The notes beneath the pieces are model-generated. The model made no database searches. It was not told the origin of the DNA and saw only the letters and a list, made by a program, of their open reading frames with translations. From contig OZ037846.1 of assembly GCA_964035575.1 (NCBI GenBank), positions 1,674,001-1,738,000 on the forward strand: a DNA stretch of 64,000 bases, written 5' to 3'. The first letter of the stretch is position 1, and each line of letters starts with the position of its first letter. Positions 1 through 11,994 of this stretch are shown here, one piece after another. This DNA comes from Rhynchopus sp. YZ270_cl-10 (Eukaryota). A program made the position numbers and the translations under genes.

Positions 1-331
1 TTGTGGCACTATATGCCCACTCAGCCTTCTTCCTCACATACGTACATAGGTCATTTTTACCTTGTAAAATTGTAACACTGGTGGCATGCTTCCCAGCGCA
101 AACACATCAGCACATAAAAAACCGGTAAAAACACATGTAATCTGTGTGTGGTGGTCAAAAGTACAAAATTCCTTCGACAATGCATTGTTTGAGCATTTGT
201 TATACCTGGAGAATATGGTCAGATCACTCTTCAGACCACCTGGCGTTTACCCCAAAAATAACACTATTTTTGACCGTGGAGTTTGTGTATCGGTACAGGT
301 AATGGTTTTCGGAAGTTGGCAATCAGGTGGT

Positions 332-983
332 ATACTGTGTACTGTGTACTGTGTACTGTGTACTGTGTACTGTGTACTGTGTACTGTGTACTGTGTACTG
401 TGTACTGTGTACTGTGTACTGTGTACTGTGTACTGTGTACTGTGTACTGTGTACTGTGTACTGTGTACTGTGTACTGTGTACTGTGTACTGTGTACTGTG
501 TACTGTGCACTGTGTACTGTGTACTGTGTACTGTGTACTGTGTACTGTGTACTGTGTACTGTGTACTGTGTACTGTGTACTGTGTACTGTGTACTGTGTA
601 CTGTGTACTGTGTACTGTGTACTGTGTACTGTGTACTGTGTACTGTGTACTGTGTACTGTGTACTGTGTACTGTGTACTGTGTACTGTGTACTGTGTACT
701 GTGTACTGTGTACTGTGTACTGTGTACTGTGTACTGTGTACTGTGTACTGTGTACTGTGTACTGTGTACTGTGTACTGTGTACTGTGTACTGTGTACTGT
801 GTACTGTGTACTGTGTACTGTGTACTGTGTACTGTGTACTGTGTACTGTGTACTGTGTACTGTGTACTGTGTACTGTGTACTGTGTACTGTGTACTGTGT
901 ACTGTGTACTGTGTACTGTGTACTGTGTACTGTGTACTGTGTACTGTGTACTGTGTACTGTGTACTGTGTACTGTGTACTGTG
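332..983. repeat. (TACTGTG)n 7-bp microsatellite, ~93 units
   Basis: Near-perfect tandem array with one TGTGCAC variant near 507. It produces the spurious VYCVLCT/HSTQYTV ORFs. Confidence 0.98.
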
Positions 984-1075
984 AGGAAATTGACCAAAAA
1001 AACGAGAACTTGTCCATTTCGTCAAATTGACCCCACCACTGGCCGGACGGATTCCGAAAATGCAAATGCCGGTGT
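978..1075 (+). repeat. Dispersed repeat (GAGGAAATTGA...CAAATTGACCCCACCACTGGCCGGACGGATTCCGAAAATGCAAAT); other copies ~20768-20872, partial ~17612-17662 and ~45330-45370
   Basis: Direct sequence similarity between the copies. Confidence 0.85.
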
Positions 1076-2682
1076 TTAAAAGCAGCGGGTTTACGCCATT
1101 TTCTTGCAGGTCAAATGGGGGAAACGGTACGATGTGTCCTCCATTCTCGCATTAGGTGCAGCATTTGTGACCACTCACCAAGGCATCTTTTTCATCGCCG
1201 TTTTCGATTTTATATTGATTTGCAGGGAAACAGCACAGAAGTGGGAAAATTTGGGGGTGTGGGGCAGGGTATTAGGGTGGTTAAAAAAACTGGTTTTGAA
1301 AACCAGTTTTTCCAAAAACTGGTTTTCAAAAAAAAAAAAAAACAGAGAAATCTGGAGGGGAAAAAAAAACCGACACTTTTCACCAGGCCTTTCTGTAAAT
1401 GTCGTCCCCAGATTAGGGCGGACTCGATTTTTTCCCCCGCATTTTTTCCCCGCCTAGAACCGTGGTTGAACCACGGGAGTGCCTTTGAGAAATGGATGTT
1501 CCTTGAATTTTTTTTGCCTGCGGCGCCATTTTTCATTTTTTGCTCCGCAAAAAAGGGTTCGTTGAGTGGCTCTGTGGTGTAAAAAGCTAGATTTTTACAC
1601 CGTACCCTCAAAAATTTTCGCCTGCGGCGCCATTTTATACAGTCCCTATGTTTCCAATGTCTACCCTGGGTCATTCAGCAGCGCTGACCCAGGGTAGACA
1701 GGGCTGAAAAATATTTTGAGCAAAAAACAAGCTGACCTCCCCAACTTGAAATCTGGATTCCTGGATAAGACACTGACCCCACCCCCGAAAAACCCGAAAA
1801 AGGTGACTGTGTCCGTCAACGGTGGAGGTTTTCGCCGGAAACACTAGTTTTCGCCACCCAGGAGAGAAAACCAGAAAAACCAGTTTTGCAGCGTTTTCAG
1901 GCTCGGTTATCGTGCTAAATCGTGTGTCATCGTGCGTCATCGTGCGTTATCGTGCGTTATCGCTCTAGTGCATTTTTTAAGGGGGCAATTGGGGGGTTTC
2001 GCAGCCAATCACCCTGCACCTTCCTCAGCTTGTCTCGTCGATGACGCACGATGACAACACGACAGACTTCAACCATGACGATCCTATTTTCCGGGGTTTT
2101 TCGGCTGGGGACCGGTTTTTCCCCCGCCCTTTTCGCGTCTTTTTTGTGTGACTTGTATGCCCTTTTTCCGGGTTTTTGCGCTTTGCGCGCGCCTCCCTGA
2201 CAAAATTGAGAAGCACCTTGGAAATTCGACCCAATTGAACACAATCTGGGTCACATGGGTGGATGGGATTTTAGACAATATCCACACCCCGATCAACTAA
2301 TCATAAAGGGTGCGAGTTGACCTCCGTAACCCTCTCACGGAGACGAGAGCGAGGTCGATGTCGCCATACGTCGGGGCGCCACGGTCTCATCCACACAAAG
2401 TATTATTTTCGGGATCCTCTGAGCCGCTGTGGACACCAAACGCAGTGGAGAAGGCGGGGAAAAAATGCGGGAAAAAAATCGAGTTCGCCCGAATCTGGGG
2501 ACGGGGACGCATTTAGAGAAAGGCATGTGAACACGATTTCACTTTATTTTAATCAGTGGTTGTTTCACGGGGTTGCACCACTAGGGCTGGGAGGGGGATG
2601 GTAGAATCCGTGCGCACATGTTGGGAGGAAAAGTTACTTGTGTCTCTTTGTATCAAATTTTAGTGTTGCATTGAAGCATCCA

Positions 2683-2885
2683 TACCATAGTACCATAGTA
2701 CCATAGTACCATAGTACCATAGTACCATAGTACCATAGTACCATAGTACCATAGTACCATAGTACCATAGTACCATAGTACCATAGTACCATAGTACCAT
2801 AGTACCATAGTACCATAGTACCATAGTACCATAGTACCATAGTACCATAGTACCATAGTACCATAGTACCATAGTACCATAGTAC
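2683..2885. repeat. (TACCATAG)n 8-bp microsatellite, ~25 units
   Basis: Perfect tandem array. Confidence 0.97.
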
Positions 2886-3132
2886 ATGACAAGGTCGTTG
2901 TGCATGAAGTGTGGGACATAAAACGTCGGGACGGTACGTGGCCAATAGCTCACCTTTCACATCAGCAGCGATGCGACGTACGATTCTGTAACGAAGGAGC
3001 ACTTTGATTGCGTGGTGATGCTGGCCAGCAACAAGCGGACGCAGGACAGGATCCGAGCGTTCTGCTTGCAGGACAAAGAGCTGCGCGAGGAGTTCGACAC
3101 AGCGCCAACGTAGGGCGTTGACCTCTTCCTTC

Positions 3133-3264
3133 GTACACAGTACACAGTACACAGTACACAGTACACAGTACACAGTACACAGTACACAGTACACAGTACA
3201 CAGTACACAGTACACAGTACACAGTACACAGTACACAGTACACAGTACACAGTACACAGTACAC
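3133..3264. repeat. (CACAGTA)n, the TACTGTG satellite in reverse orientation
   Basis: Perfect tandem array, ~18 units. Confidence 0.97.
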
Positions 3265-3809
3265 AAACCACCACTAAAAAAACAAAAAAAGTGAAATCGT
3301 GTTGTCATCGTGCGTCATCGTGCACAATCATGTGTCATCGCCCCCTACCCCGTAGCCCAGGAAACGCTGCAAGTTTTTTCCGGAATTTTGGATTTTCACC
3401 CTAATACCCTGGTGTGGGGACGAAAATCAAAAAAAAAAGTCAAAAGCGCAAAAAACGGCAAAAAACGGCATTTTTGCCCAATTTCACCCAATTACGCCCA
3501 GTTACAGCCCAATTACACCCAATTACAGCCCACCGACACCCGGAAAAAACGGTACAATATTTTGTTGCGTTTTCTTAGGTCAGGCCCAGGTAAACTATGC
3601 CACACTTACGTGTGCCGTCTGTATTTCAGTTATGCGGGACTATTCTGTTTAGTCCCTTAGAGTGTGAAGCCCCTCTGTCGGTACAGCAGGGACAGCAGGG
3701 CAGCAGGCAACGAAGAATGTATCCCAATTTTTTTGAAGGTGTGTGTTCACGGGAGACACATTCATCTTGCAAGTTTTTTTCTTTTTGCGCGAAAAAATAT
3801 ATTTTTGTT

Positions 3810-4490
3810 TCTCTTTGGTCGTCCAGATTGTTGTAAAAACGCACACTTTTTTTTGAGGTGAAGACAGCAATCAACGTCAGCCAAAAACTACTTATCTTAA
3901 TCTTGCTACACACTAAGGGAAAGATGTCCTCCCTTCCACAATTAGAACCTTCTTTGAGAGTGTTTTTCCAGTGAAGACTGTCTGAAGGGCAGCTGCACTC
4001 AACAGATTATCAAAAAAAGGAGAAAAATAATTAGTGGAGCTCATCCTCGGGTGTCTACATGATACAACCACGACACAAGAGGAGCTGATGGACGCCTCCA
4101 GCTTTCTTTGTACTTAATGGTTCGGTCAGCAACCCAGTTGCCCAGGGTTCTCCCGTAGTTCAACCACAGGTTTCCCGTGGACCGCTGACCTGCACCAATT
4201 AACCAAATTATGGGTTTTATGTTTATGTACTTGTACTGTTTGCGGAAAACAACAAGGAAGGGAAAGCAACGTGCAAGAGGCAATGTCTGCATGGACGTGC
4301 GTTGTGATGACATGCTCTATGAGTCACACTATCCGCACGACCAGGTTCCCATCCACGAAACTTCTTGATTCATTTGTTGCTTTCTTATCATGATTTGTGT
4401 CGCGTTGTGTTGGTCACGTGTTGGGTAAAAAATACTGTGTTCTTTTCTCTTTTCCATGTTTCTTTGTCACGATGTACGGTGTGGATAGGT
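3810..4490 (+). repeat. ~680-bp dispersed repeat/segmental duplication, copy 1 (copy 2 at ~19522-20182)
   Basis: Near-identical sequence; identical minus-strand ORF translations at 4041-4313 and 19740-20012. Confidence 0.93.
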
Positions 4491-4610
4491 TTTGCGACAC
4501 ACACTCTGGTGTTCGTGAGTTCCCTCACGGTGGTGTCGCCTGCACTTATCAGACGTCTCTGCTTCTTTGCATTCCTCACCACCACACCACACACCCACGC
4601 AGGAGGACAC

Positions 4611-7600
4611 ATGCACCATGGACACAGGCAGGGCCTCTGGCTGTTCGTGTTCTGGTGCGCGGTGGCGCTCCCAACCAACACCGCCGCCGGTACAATCATG
4701 GTCTTCATGAACAGTGGCAACACACCCCCGGGTGGGAACACGTACAAAGTGGTGATGCGTTCCTATGCTGGTGACGTGTGTACAGCAGGCGACCTGACAC
4801 CAGGCACGGCATCTATGCACACCTTCGTAGCATCGTGTCCGTTCGACCACACAGACGTCATAAGCGTGTTTGTCTACTGCACGTCCTTCGTCACCGCAGA
4901 CCCCTATGAGATAACGAAGATGACCCTCCAAACGAGCACGGGATTCGAAGACTGGAAGACTCTCGAACACACACTCGAATGCGAGCTTGGCAACAGTGCA
5001 GCAGAAATGTGCGAGTGGTATAGAGATGTCTCAGATGTCCCCGCGGGCTCGTCTCTCGCACCCCCAGTTGTGCCTACACCGGCGCCGCCAACACCTGCAC
5101 CACCGACACCAGCTCCACTGACACCAGCACCAGTAACACCTGCACCACCAACACCTGCACCACCAACACCTGCACCGCCAACACCTGCACCACCAACACC
5201 TGCACCGCCAACACCTGCACCACCGACACCAGCTCCACTGACACCTGCACCAGTAACACCAGCACCACTAACACCTGCACCACTGACATCAGCACCAGTA
5301 ACACCTGCACCACCAACACCTGCACCGCCAACACCTGCACCACCAACACCTGCACCGCCAACACCTGCACCACCGACACCAGCTCCACTGACACCTGCAC
5401 CAGTAACACCAGCACCAGTAACACCTGCACCACTGACATCAGCGCCCCCAACACCTGCACCCGCAACACCTGCACCAGTAACAGCACCACCACCGACACC
5501 AGCTCCACTGACACCAGCACCAGTAACACCTGCGCCGCCAACACCTGCACCACCAACACCTGCACCAGTAACAGCACCACCACCGACACCAGCTCCACTG
5601 ACACCAGCACCAGTAACACCAGCACCACCAACACCTGCACCCGCAACACCTGCACCACTGACATCAGCGCCCCCAACACCAGCACCACCAACACCTGCAC
5701 CCGCAACACCTGCACCACTGACATCAGCGCCCCCAACACCTGCACCACCGACACCAGCTCCACTGACACCAGTACCAGTAACACCAGCACCACCAACACC
5801 TGCACCAGTAACAGAAGCTCCCCCAACACCTGCACTACCGACACCAACTCCACCAACGCCTGCACCCGCAACACCAGCACCAGCAACAGCAGCACCACGG
5901 ACACCAGCGCCCCCAACACCTGCACCAGTCACACCAGCTCCACTGACACCAGCACCAGTAACAGCAGCACCACTGACACTTGTACCACCAACATCTGCAC
6001 AACGGACACCCTCACCACCGACACCTGCACCACCATCACCTGCACCTCTGACACGCTCTCTGTCACCGCCAACACCCACGCCCCCAGACAAGGCTACGCT
6101 TTTTCCACTGTCACCAGCACCTGCAACAGCACTACGATCTACACCAAAACCGCAAGGACCTGCCTTGGTATCTCCATCGCCTGCACAGGTGCCCACATTA
6201 CCACCACAGTCACCTCCGACACCAGCCCCGCTGACACTCCTCCCCGTCTCTACCGCGCCGCCGACGTTAACACCGCTAAGCGCTTTCCGTTCAACGCTTG
6301 CACCGTCGCCTGCGGGCCCTACTCCGTCCACGGAGACACAGGGCACGGTGGTGCCCTCCTTAGTGACTGTCGCACCGGCTGCACAGACAGAAGCACCACA
6401 GATGGCCGCGCTAAACGTTACCGATGTGACGAACCGAGGAGTTGTGACTGGTACCGCTGTCGTCTCCAGTACTGTAGCACTGTTCAGCACTAGCGCCGCA
6501 GGCCTTGCAGGCAGCCTGCTCATCACAACAGAGGAGTGCAAGATCTACGGAGACACGAAACACTACCCACGCGCACTGCACCCAACACAGCTCAAGATTG
6601 CCGGCCTGGAGGCGGCCGGGATGGTGGTGGGGAACCTTGCCCTGGCTCTAACCTTCTTCGCGGGACACGCAGTGGTGTGTGAGGTTGCGCGTCTGGTGCA
6701 GGGTGGGGCCCAGGCGCGCAATGCCGATGGGGCAAGGGGCCGTCACCCGGAGCATGCGCGCCTGGGCTTCCCTGGACTGCCTGCGATGGTGTTCTTTATC
6801 CTCTTCCAAGGGTCGTCTGTCGGAAGCCTGCAGCTGCTGTACAGCAGTGAGACGTCAACGATGCGCATGATAGGCTGCTTCGCAGTGATGCTCTGCTTGG
6901 CGATGCCAGTTGCAATTTTTGTTGCGCTGATGAAGGCACCCGTGCACTCGACAGTGGTGAAGGACCCCCGCACTGCAGGCTTCGGGAAGTGGAAGCGCCG
7001 TGTGCTTCACTTTGTGATTGGCGAAGGCGAGTGGGTGTACCTCTCGCCTGTGATGTGGACGCTGCGCTACTCGGCCGTGATCCGCTCCTACCGCCTTGGC
7101 TGCCTCTGGTACCACTTCCTGCAGTACGCATCGATGTTCGCTGTCGCTGCGATCCAGGCCTTCACCCCCACAAGCTACATCGCGTGTGGACACATCAAAC
7201 TCGCGTCCTTCTGCGTCATCTTCATTATGCTTGTTGTGCTGGTCAAGGCGAAGCCGTACGCGCGGAGACGTGACTTGATCATTGACGGCACGGTCATGAC
7301 GTTCCAGTGCGTGGCGCTGATCTTCATGGCTGTGGGGTACTACAGGGAGAAGCCGCAGGACCTGCTGTTCCAGGGTGCAACGGTGCTGCTGGTCCTGGGC
7401 ATTGTGTGCATCTTGGTGAAGATGTTTCTGTCTCTTGTGTCTGAACTCTATGTGTTCTGCACAGGCAGACGTTCATACCTGCAGGGGATTGCGAGGCACC
7501 TGCTGAAGGACACTGACCTGGAGAGCCTTGTTGCATCCGACGAGGCACTGAGCGACGAGGATGTGGGCATGGATGCGGGTGTGGAGCTGCTGCGTCTGCC

Positions 7601-8090
7601 GCCCAAGCAGAGGCGTGGCCGTCCCCCCTCACACCACACGCTGTCGGACACACTGCTGCCGAGGGACGACACGAGCAACTATGCCATGTCTGACGCAGGG
7701 TCGGAGTTCTCTGCACTGAACGTGACGATCGGGCGCACCGAAAGCAACCTCTCGCGCGAGGGTGCAGTGTCACCAGCTATACTACCGCTCTCCTTGGCGA
7801 AGACGACGAGCTCTCTCAGCAACAGGGGTCTCACACGTCCACCTGTGAGCGGGAGCCCTGCACCCATCGGCCTTGCAGACACGCCCATGGAAGACGCGCT
7901 CGGGGGAGGGCGACGCCGTGCACCAAGCCACACCTTAGCCAGCACGCATGCAGGCTCCTCTAGCGACGTGCGTGATGTCATGGGCCGTGGGCGACGACGG
8001 CGCAGCTCCCTCGTCGCTTTCGAACGCACGACAAGTGGGCTCATCCGTACACCGGACACCATTGCACGCGGCATCAGCTTCAGTACATGA
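4611..8090 (+). CDS. Surface receptor-like protein: signal peptide, Cys-containing head (~110 aa), TPAP Pro/Thr stalk, 7-8 TM domain, Ser/Arg-rich cytoplasmic tail (bodonin/DGF-1-like architecture)
   Basis: Long ORF. ATG 4611 follows ...CACGCAG (possible trans-splice acceptor). Hydrophobic N-terminus [18 protein letters not shown] repeats, multiple hydrophobic helices. Paralogous to 11995 and 23821. Confidence 0.88.
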   Translation: MHHGHRQGLWLFVFWCAVALPTNTAAGTIMVFMNSGNTPPGGNTYKVVMRSYAGDVCTAGDLTPGTASMHTFVASCPFDHTDVISVFVYCTSFVTADPYEITKMTLQTSTGFEDWKTLEHTLECELGNSAAEMCEWYRDVSDVPAGSSLAPPVVPTPAPPTPAPPTPAPLTPAPVTPAPPTPAPPTPAPPTPAPPTPAPPTPAPPTPAPLTPAPVTPAPLTPAPLTSAPVTPAPPTPAPPTPAPPTPAPPTPAPPTPAPLTPAPVTPAPVTPAPLTSAPPTPAPATPAPVTAPPPTPAPLTPAPVTPAPPTPAPPTPAPVTAPPPTPAPLTPAPVTPAPPTPAPATPAPLTSAPPTPAPPTPAPATPAPLTSAPPTPAPPTPAPLTPVPVTPAPPTPAPVTEAPPTPALPTPTPPTPAPATPAPATAAPRTPAPPTPAPVTPAPLTPAPVTAAPLTLVPPTSAQRTPSPPTPAPPSPAPLTRSLSPPTPTPPDKATLFPLSPAPATALRSTPKPQGPALVSPSPAQVPTLPPQSPPTPAPLTLLPVSTAPPTLTPLSAFRSTLAPSPAGPTPSTETQGTVVPSLVTVAPAAQTEAPQMAALNVTDVTNRGVVTGTAVVSSTVALFSTSAAGLAGSLLITTEECKIYGDTKHYPRALHPTQLKIAGLEAAGMVVGNLALALTFFAGHAVVCEVARLVQGGAQARNADGARGRHPEHARLGFPGLPAMVFFILFQGSSVGSLQLLYSSETSTMRMIGCFAVMLCLAMPVAIFVALMKAPVHSTVVKDPRTAGFGKWKRRVLHFVIGEGEWVYLSPVMWTLRYSAVIRSYRLGCLWYHFLQYASMFAVAAIQAFTPTSYIACGHIKLASFCVIFIMLVVLVKAKPYARRRDLIIDGTVMTFQCVALIFMAVGYYREKPQDLLFQGATVLLVLGIVCILVKMFLSLVSELYVFCTGRRSYLQGIARHLLKDTDLESLVASDEALSDEDVGMDAGVELLRLPPKQRRGRPPSHHTLSDTLLPRDDTSNYAMSDAGSEFSALNVTIGRTESNLSREGAVSPAILPLSLAKTTSSLSNRGLTRPPVSGSPAPIGLADTPMEDALGGGRRRAPSHTLASTHAGSSSDVRDVMGRGRRRRSSLVAFERTTSGLIRTPDTIARGISFST

Positions 8091-9500
8091 AAGTGAACAC
8101 CGCATCTGGGAGGTAGGAAGGCGTGCACAGAGTGCCTTTGGACGTACATTTGAACCGTTTCCACCAAAAACCCCTTTGGTGCTTTGGTGCGGAACTTTAC
8201 GGTACGGGCAAGCCATTAGGTTTCTTTTTTACACCTTTTGTTGTTGGCTGCAGGGTACTTGTGTTTTCATCCGGATGGCTGGCGTCGTACGTGGGTCAGT
8301 CGGTGGTGCCTGCATCAATAACTCAAGTTTTTTTGATTAGTTTTAGTTCAGATTTTGATTTTTATAAGACATGTATGCATTTCTAAGGAAATTTTTCAGT
8401 ATCCACGAGTCGTCTTTTTCCCTCCCGTGCTCCCCATCTCACTCACACACACTACATCTTCATCAGGAAAATTGTCAAAATTCTTTCGTTCAACATTGTG
8501 AGCAGCGTTTCAGGCCTAATGCTAACTTTGGGGGAGGGGGGAAAAAAGTGAACCGACGGAAAAAAAAAAAAAAAAACGAAAAAAAAAAATTCCCTCCGGG
8601 AAGGGGTCCAGGGTTTTCGCTTATCTTCATGAAAAAAATTTTCCCCAAAATCGTGAAGATATGTCCAAAAAGGGGTCAAAAAAAAATTTTCCGCGCTCCG
8701 CGCGAAAAGGTCCGTTCATTTCGCGTAAATACGTGATGACGTGGGATGGTAACGTACATCAAGAACCAAACCAACCCTTTTCTTACGTTTTTCCACGTCA
8801 AGCCCTCGCATTAGGTTCTCTCTAGTGAACGAAACCTTCCCTCAGGACAAGAAGAAACGGCGGTTGATATCAAAACTTTCTGGCGAAGCCACGGTACGCA
8901 ACATTTCAAAATTTGTGACCTAAAACCGAACATTTTTACAGCCAAACTATGGTAGAGGTCTGTGGGCTGCCAGTTTTTGAGCTGCGACGCAGGCGCACGG
9001 TAGGCTACTTTTTTAATTTTTGCTGGCAAGGGGGGTGCATCATTGAGTCCCTGAAACAAGTCTCCATCGTCACCGCCACCGCCATCGCAATCGCCATCTT
9101 CGCTTTCCTCTTTAACATCAACAGATGCAACACTGCTCTCTGTATCTTCAGAGATCAGAACTTCTCCAACACTCGATGTCTCGTCGACTGACAGACCCTC
9201 CTCCTCCTCGAACCCAGTGGTGGGGGCCGCAGTATGCACTGCTGTGTCCTTCTTTTAATCTGCCTTCCTCCTGAAGATGCGGGCGCAGGTGACCACATCT
9301 CCAGGACCAAGGTAGCCACGGCATACCACAGGCAGAGAACCCCCCATCCCAAAAAACCCCCATTTTTAAGGGTGAACCGACGAACCAACGGATAAATAAA
9401 AAAAATAATAAATAAAAGTGAACCGACGAACCAACGGTTAGCATTAGGCCTGCAGCGTTTGGTGAATTTAAAAAAAAAAAAAAAAAAAGCAGAAGAAGAA

Positions 9501-10299
9501 CAGGGAAGTTCCTAAGTGGGACCGAGAACATGAAATTCTGGATTTTAGTTTTTTTTTCCTTTTTTTTTTTCCTTTTTTCCTTGGGGGGCTTTCTTGTGGT
9601 TTCTGGTGGGTTTCACTGTAGGTGACACACCACCAGTGTGGTGAAATGGTCGAAACTCTCAAAAGCAAGAGTTTTCAGGGGGCAAGAAAAAAAAAATTGA
9701 CACCAAAATCCTGCACCATCCAGGGCTGTATCCCCAAAATTTTTTGCCTGCGGCGCCATTTATATTATTTTTTGCTCCGCAAAAAGAGAAGTGCAAACGC
9801 CTCACCATTCATCGGCGGAAGCACTGGTTCCACGGGTTATCGAACCCCAGAGAGCACTTCATTGGCATGCACACGGTTACCACGAGGGAGCGTATGCCGG
9901 TACAAAATCACTGCCCCATCCAAATAATATTCCCAACGTCTTTGGGGATCCCCTTGCATTTTGCAGCCAAAATGCAACTAGACCAAAGCTGCAAAAAGTT
10001 CCGCGCGCGTGTAGCGCGCCCGGGGTTGGGACTCCTTTTTGAATTTCGAGGGGCGGTTAAAGTGGGCCCAGAATCACAGTTCTGACACTCATTTAGCATT
10101 GTGAGCAACGCACTAGTGGTCGTAACCAAAATTTGTATCAATCAAGAATTTGTCCATTTTCTCGAAATGACCCCACTACAGTGAGGGTAGAGCTCGGAAA
10201 GCCCGAAAAAGGGCAAAAAACCCCACCCAAAAAAAGGAAAAAAACGGGAACATAAATCCAGAATTTTGCTGTTTTTTCCGAGAACAAGGGGCAACCCTG
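9501..10299 (-). mobile_element. hAT-like non-autonomous DNA transposon, copy 1
   Basis: Ends CAGGG...CCCTG, flanked by 8-bp TSD AAGAAGAA (9493-9500, 10300-10307). Inverted near-identical copy at 22695-23586. Confidence 0.88.
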
Positions 10300-11240
10300 A
10301 AGAAGAAGAGAAGTAGATGTATTCATACCAGGAAGCAATGCACCAAACTACACAAAATTTCACTAATATTTTGCCAACTTTTTTTCCTGTGTGTGTACCT
10401 GAGTGTGGGGATGCGTTCAAGAATTAAACTCTTCCCCCCAAACCCCCTTTTTCGTCTTTGTTTTCTTTATTCAAACGGCAAGTGGATGCGTAATAATTTT
10501 GCTCTTTTTCTCCACTTTTTTTCCCCGTCGAAAAACGACAAAAATCACCCAGAGCGAACACACTGGTGTGGAGCGACCTGCCTTGCCTAGTTGTGCCAGC
10601 TGAGGTTTAATCGACTGATGATGCAGCTTTTGTGGCATTTGCACTAGTCAACAATAGCTACTTCATAATTTTAGATTCTATATCTTTAAGTACATTACTT
10701 CGTTGATTCGCAAAATGTAGATATTTACACACAAAAAAGCTGTATTTTTTATGTTGCGTTGTGAAATGTGTTCACTTTGCACTGACGGGAAACTTCCACA
10801 AAGAAAAATCGCGAAAAAATGTTACACCCCTTTTTTGGCGATTATCAGCACTCTGGGGTTCGCTAACGCACAGAGTGTCGGTGTCTGTCCCAATGCATGA
10901 GGAAGCATTTCTGTTGTGTTTTGTTCTGTTTTATTTGTGTCGTCTCAACTTCAAAAAAAATATTTGGGTAATCAAGCATTGACGAATAGAACTGGAAACG
11001 ATGGATGGTGCGTACCCGCCTAAGGGCTTGGGTTTTTATTCATTTCAGGAATACCATCCCACATATTCTACAGTGAAACTCACAAGCCTTTTGCGGTGCG
11101 ATAAACGAAAGGTTTTCTTTCACTTAGCTGTCACATCCTGAAGTCGTTTTCTATTGTATTGTCCCCGTTCCAGCCCAGGAGTCACCTCACATAGCAAACG
11201 TAGCATATGTGAGGTGACTGTTTAACTAGTTCGTTCTTCT

Positions 11241-11491
11241 TTTTGTTTTGTTTTGTTTTGTTTTGTTTTGTTTTGTTTTGTTTTGTTTTGTTTTGTTTTG
11301 TTTTGTTTTGTTTTGTTTTGTTTTGTTTTGTTTTGTTTTGTTTTGTTTTGTTTTGTTTTGTTTTGTTTTGTTTTGTTTTGTTTTGTTTTGTTTTGTTTTG
11401 TTTTGTTTTGTTTTGTTTTGTTTTGTTTTGTTTTGTTTTGTTTTGTTTTGTTTTGTTTTGTTTTGTTTTGTTTTGTTTTGTTTTGTTTTGT

Positions 11492-11519
<28 letters not shown>
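11241..11519. repeat. (TTTTG)n microsatellite
   Basis: Perfect 5-bp tandem array. Confidence 0.98.
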
Positions 11520-11522
<3 letters not shown>

Positions 11523-11994
11523 GTGTTGTGTTGTTATCATTGCCTTGCGCCACTGAAGGCGTAGGTTCATTGGCAACGTCACTTTTCTTATTTTGTGCGA
11601 CGCTTTTTATATTTTTTATTTGCAATTTACACATCTATGATCACGCACACCCAAGTTACCGTACACGAACTAAATCCTCCAGGTTTGAAAAAAAGGATGA
11701 ATCGGAGTCTTTTTATTCAGGAAAATTCACAAAAACTGTCACAACGAAGCGGGAGGCAAGGAACACATGTGACATACCAGTTGTCATGTTGTGCCTCGAC
11801 GATGCTGCTCTTTGTGGACCTTATGTCTGCTACGTAAGGCAGCACCAGGTTATTGTGGTGTGTGTGTGGCAGGGTTGCGTGCTTGCTGTCTTCCTGAACT
11901 GCAAGTAGACTATTACGAGACGTCTGCTCTTTTTATTGTACAGTATTCCACTACACAGGTTGGGGGTATTAGGGAGGTTGTGGGGGCGGTTTTA

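Larger units (their letters stand above)
2039..3320. mobile_element. Segment bounded by a perfect 24-bp inverted repeat and carrying two microsatellites (putative non-autonomous TIR element)
   Basis: CGATGACGCACGATGACAACACGA at 2039-2062 and its reverse complement at 3297-3320. No TSD identified. Confidence 0.5.

Noticed and set aside
86..1079. VYCVLCT/HSTQYTV ORFs (also ~18700-19300 and ~28600-29200), and MVLWYYGT and FCFVL ORFs
   Set aside because: Microsatellite translations.
4365..4610. Upstream extensions of the ORF calls (also 11791-11994 and 23734-23820)
   Set aside because: Non-ATG starts; downstream ATGs with signal peptides and AG acceptors fit better.
8811..9239. 142-aa acidic minus-strand ORF
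   Set aside because: Non-ATG start, no recognisable domain, antisense to the cluster; it may be a decayed fragment but is unsupported.
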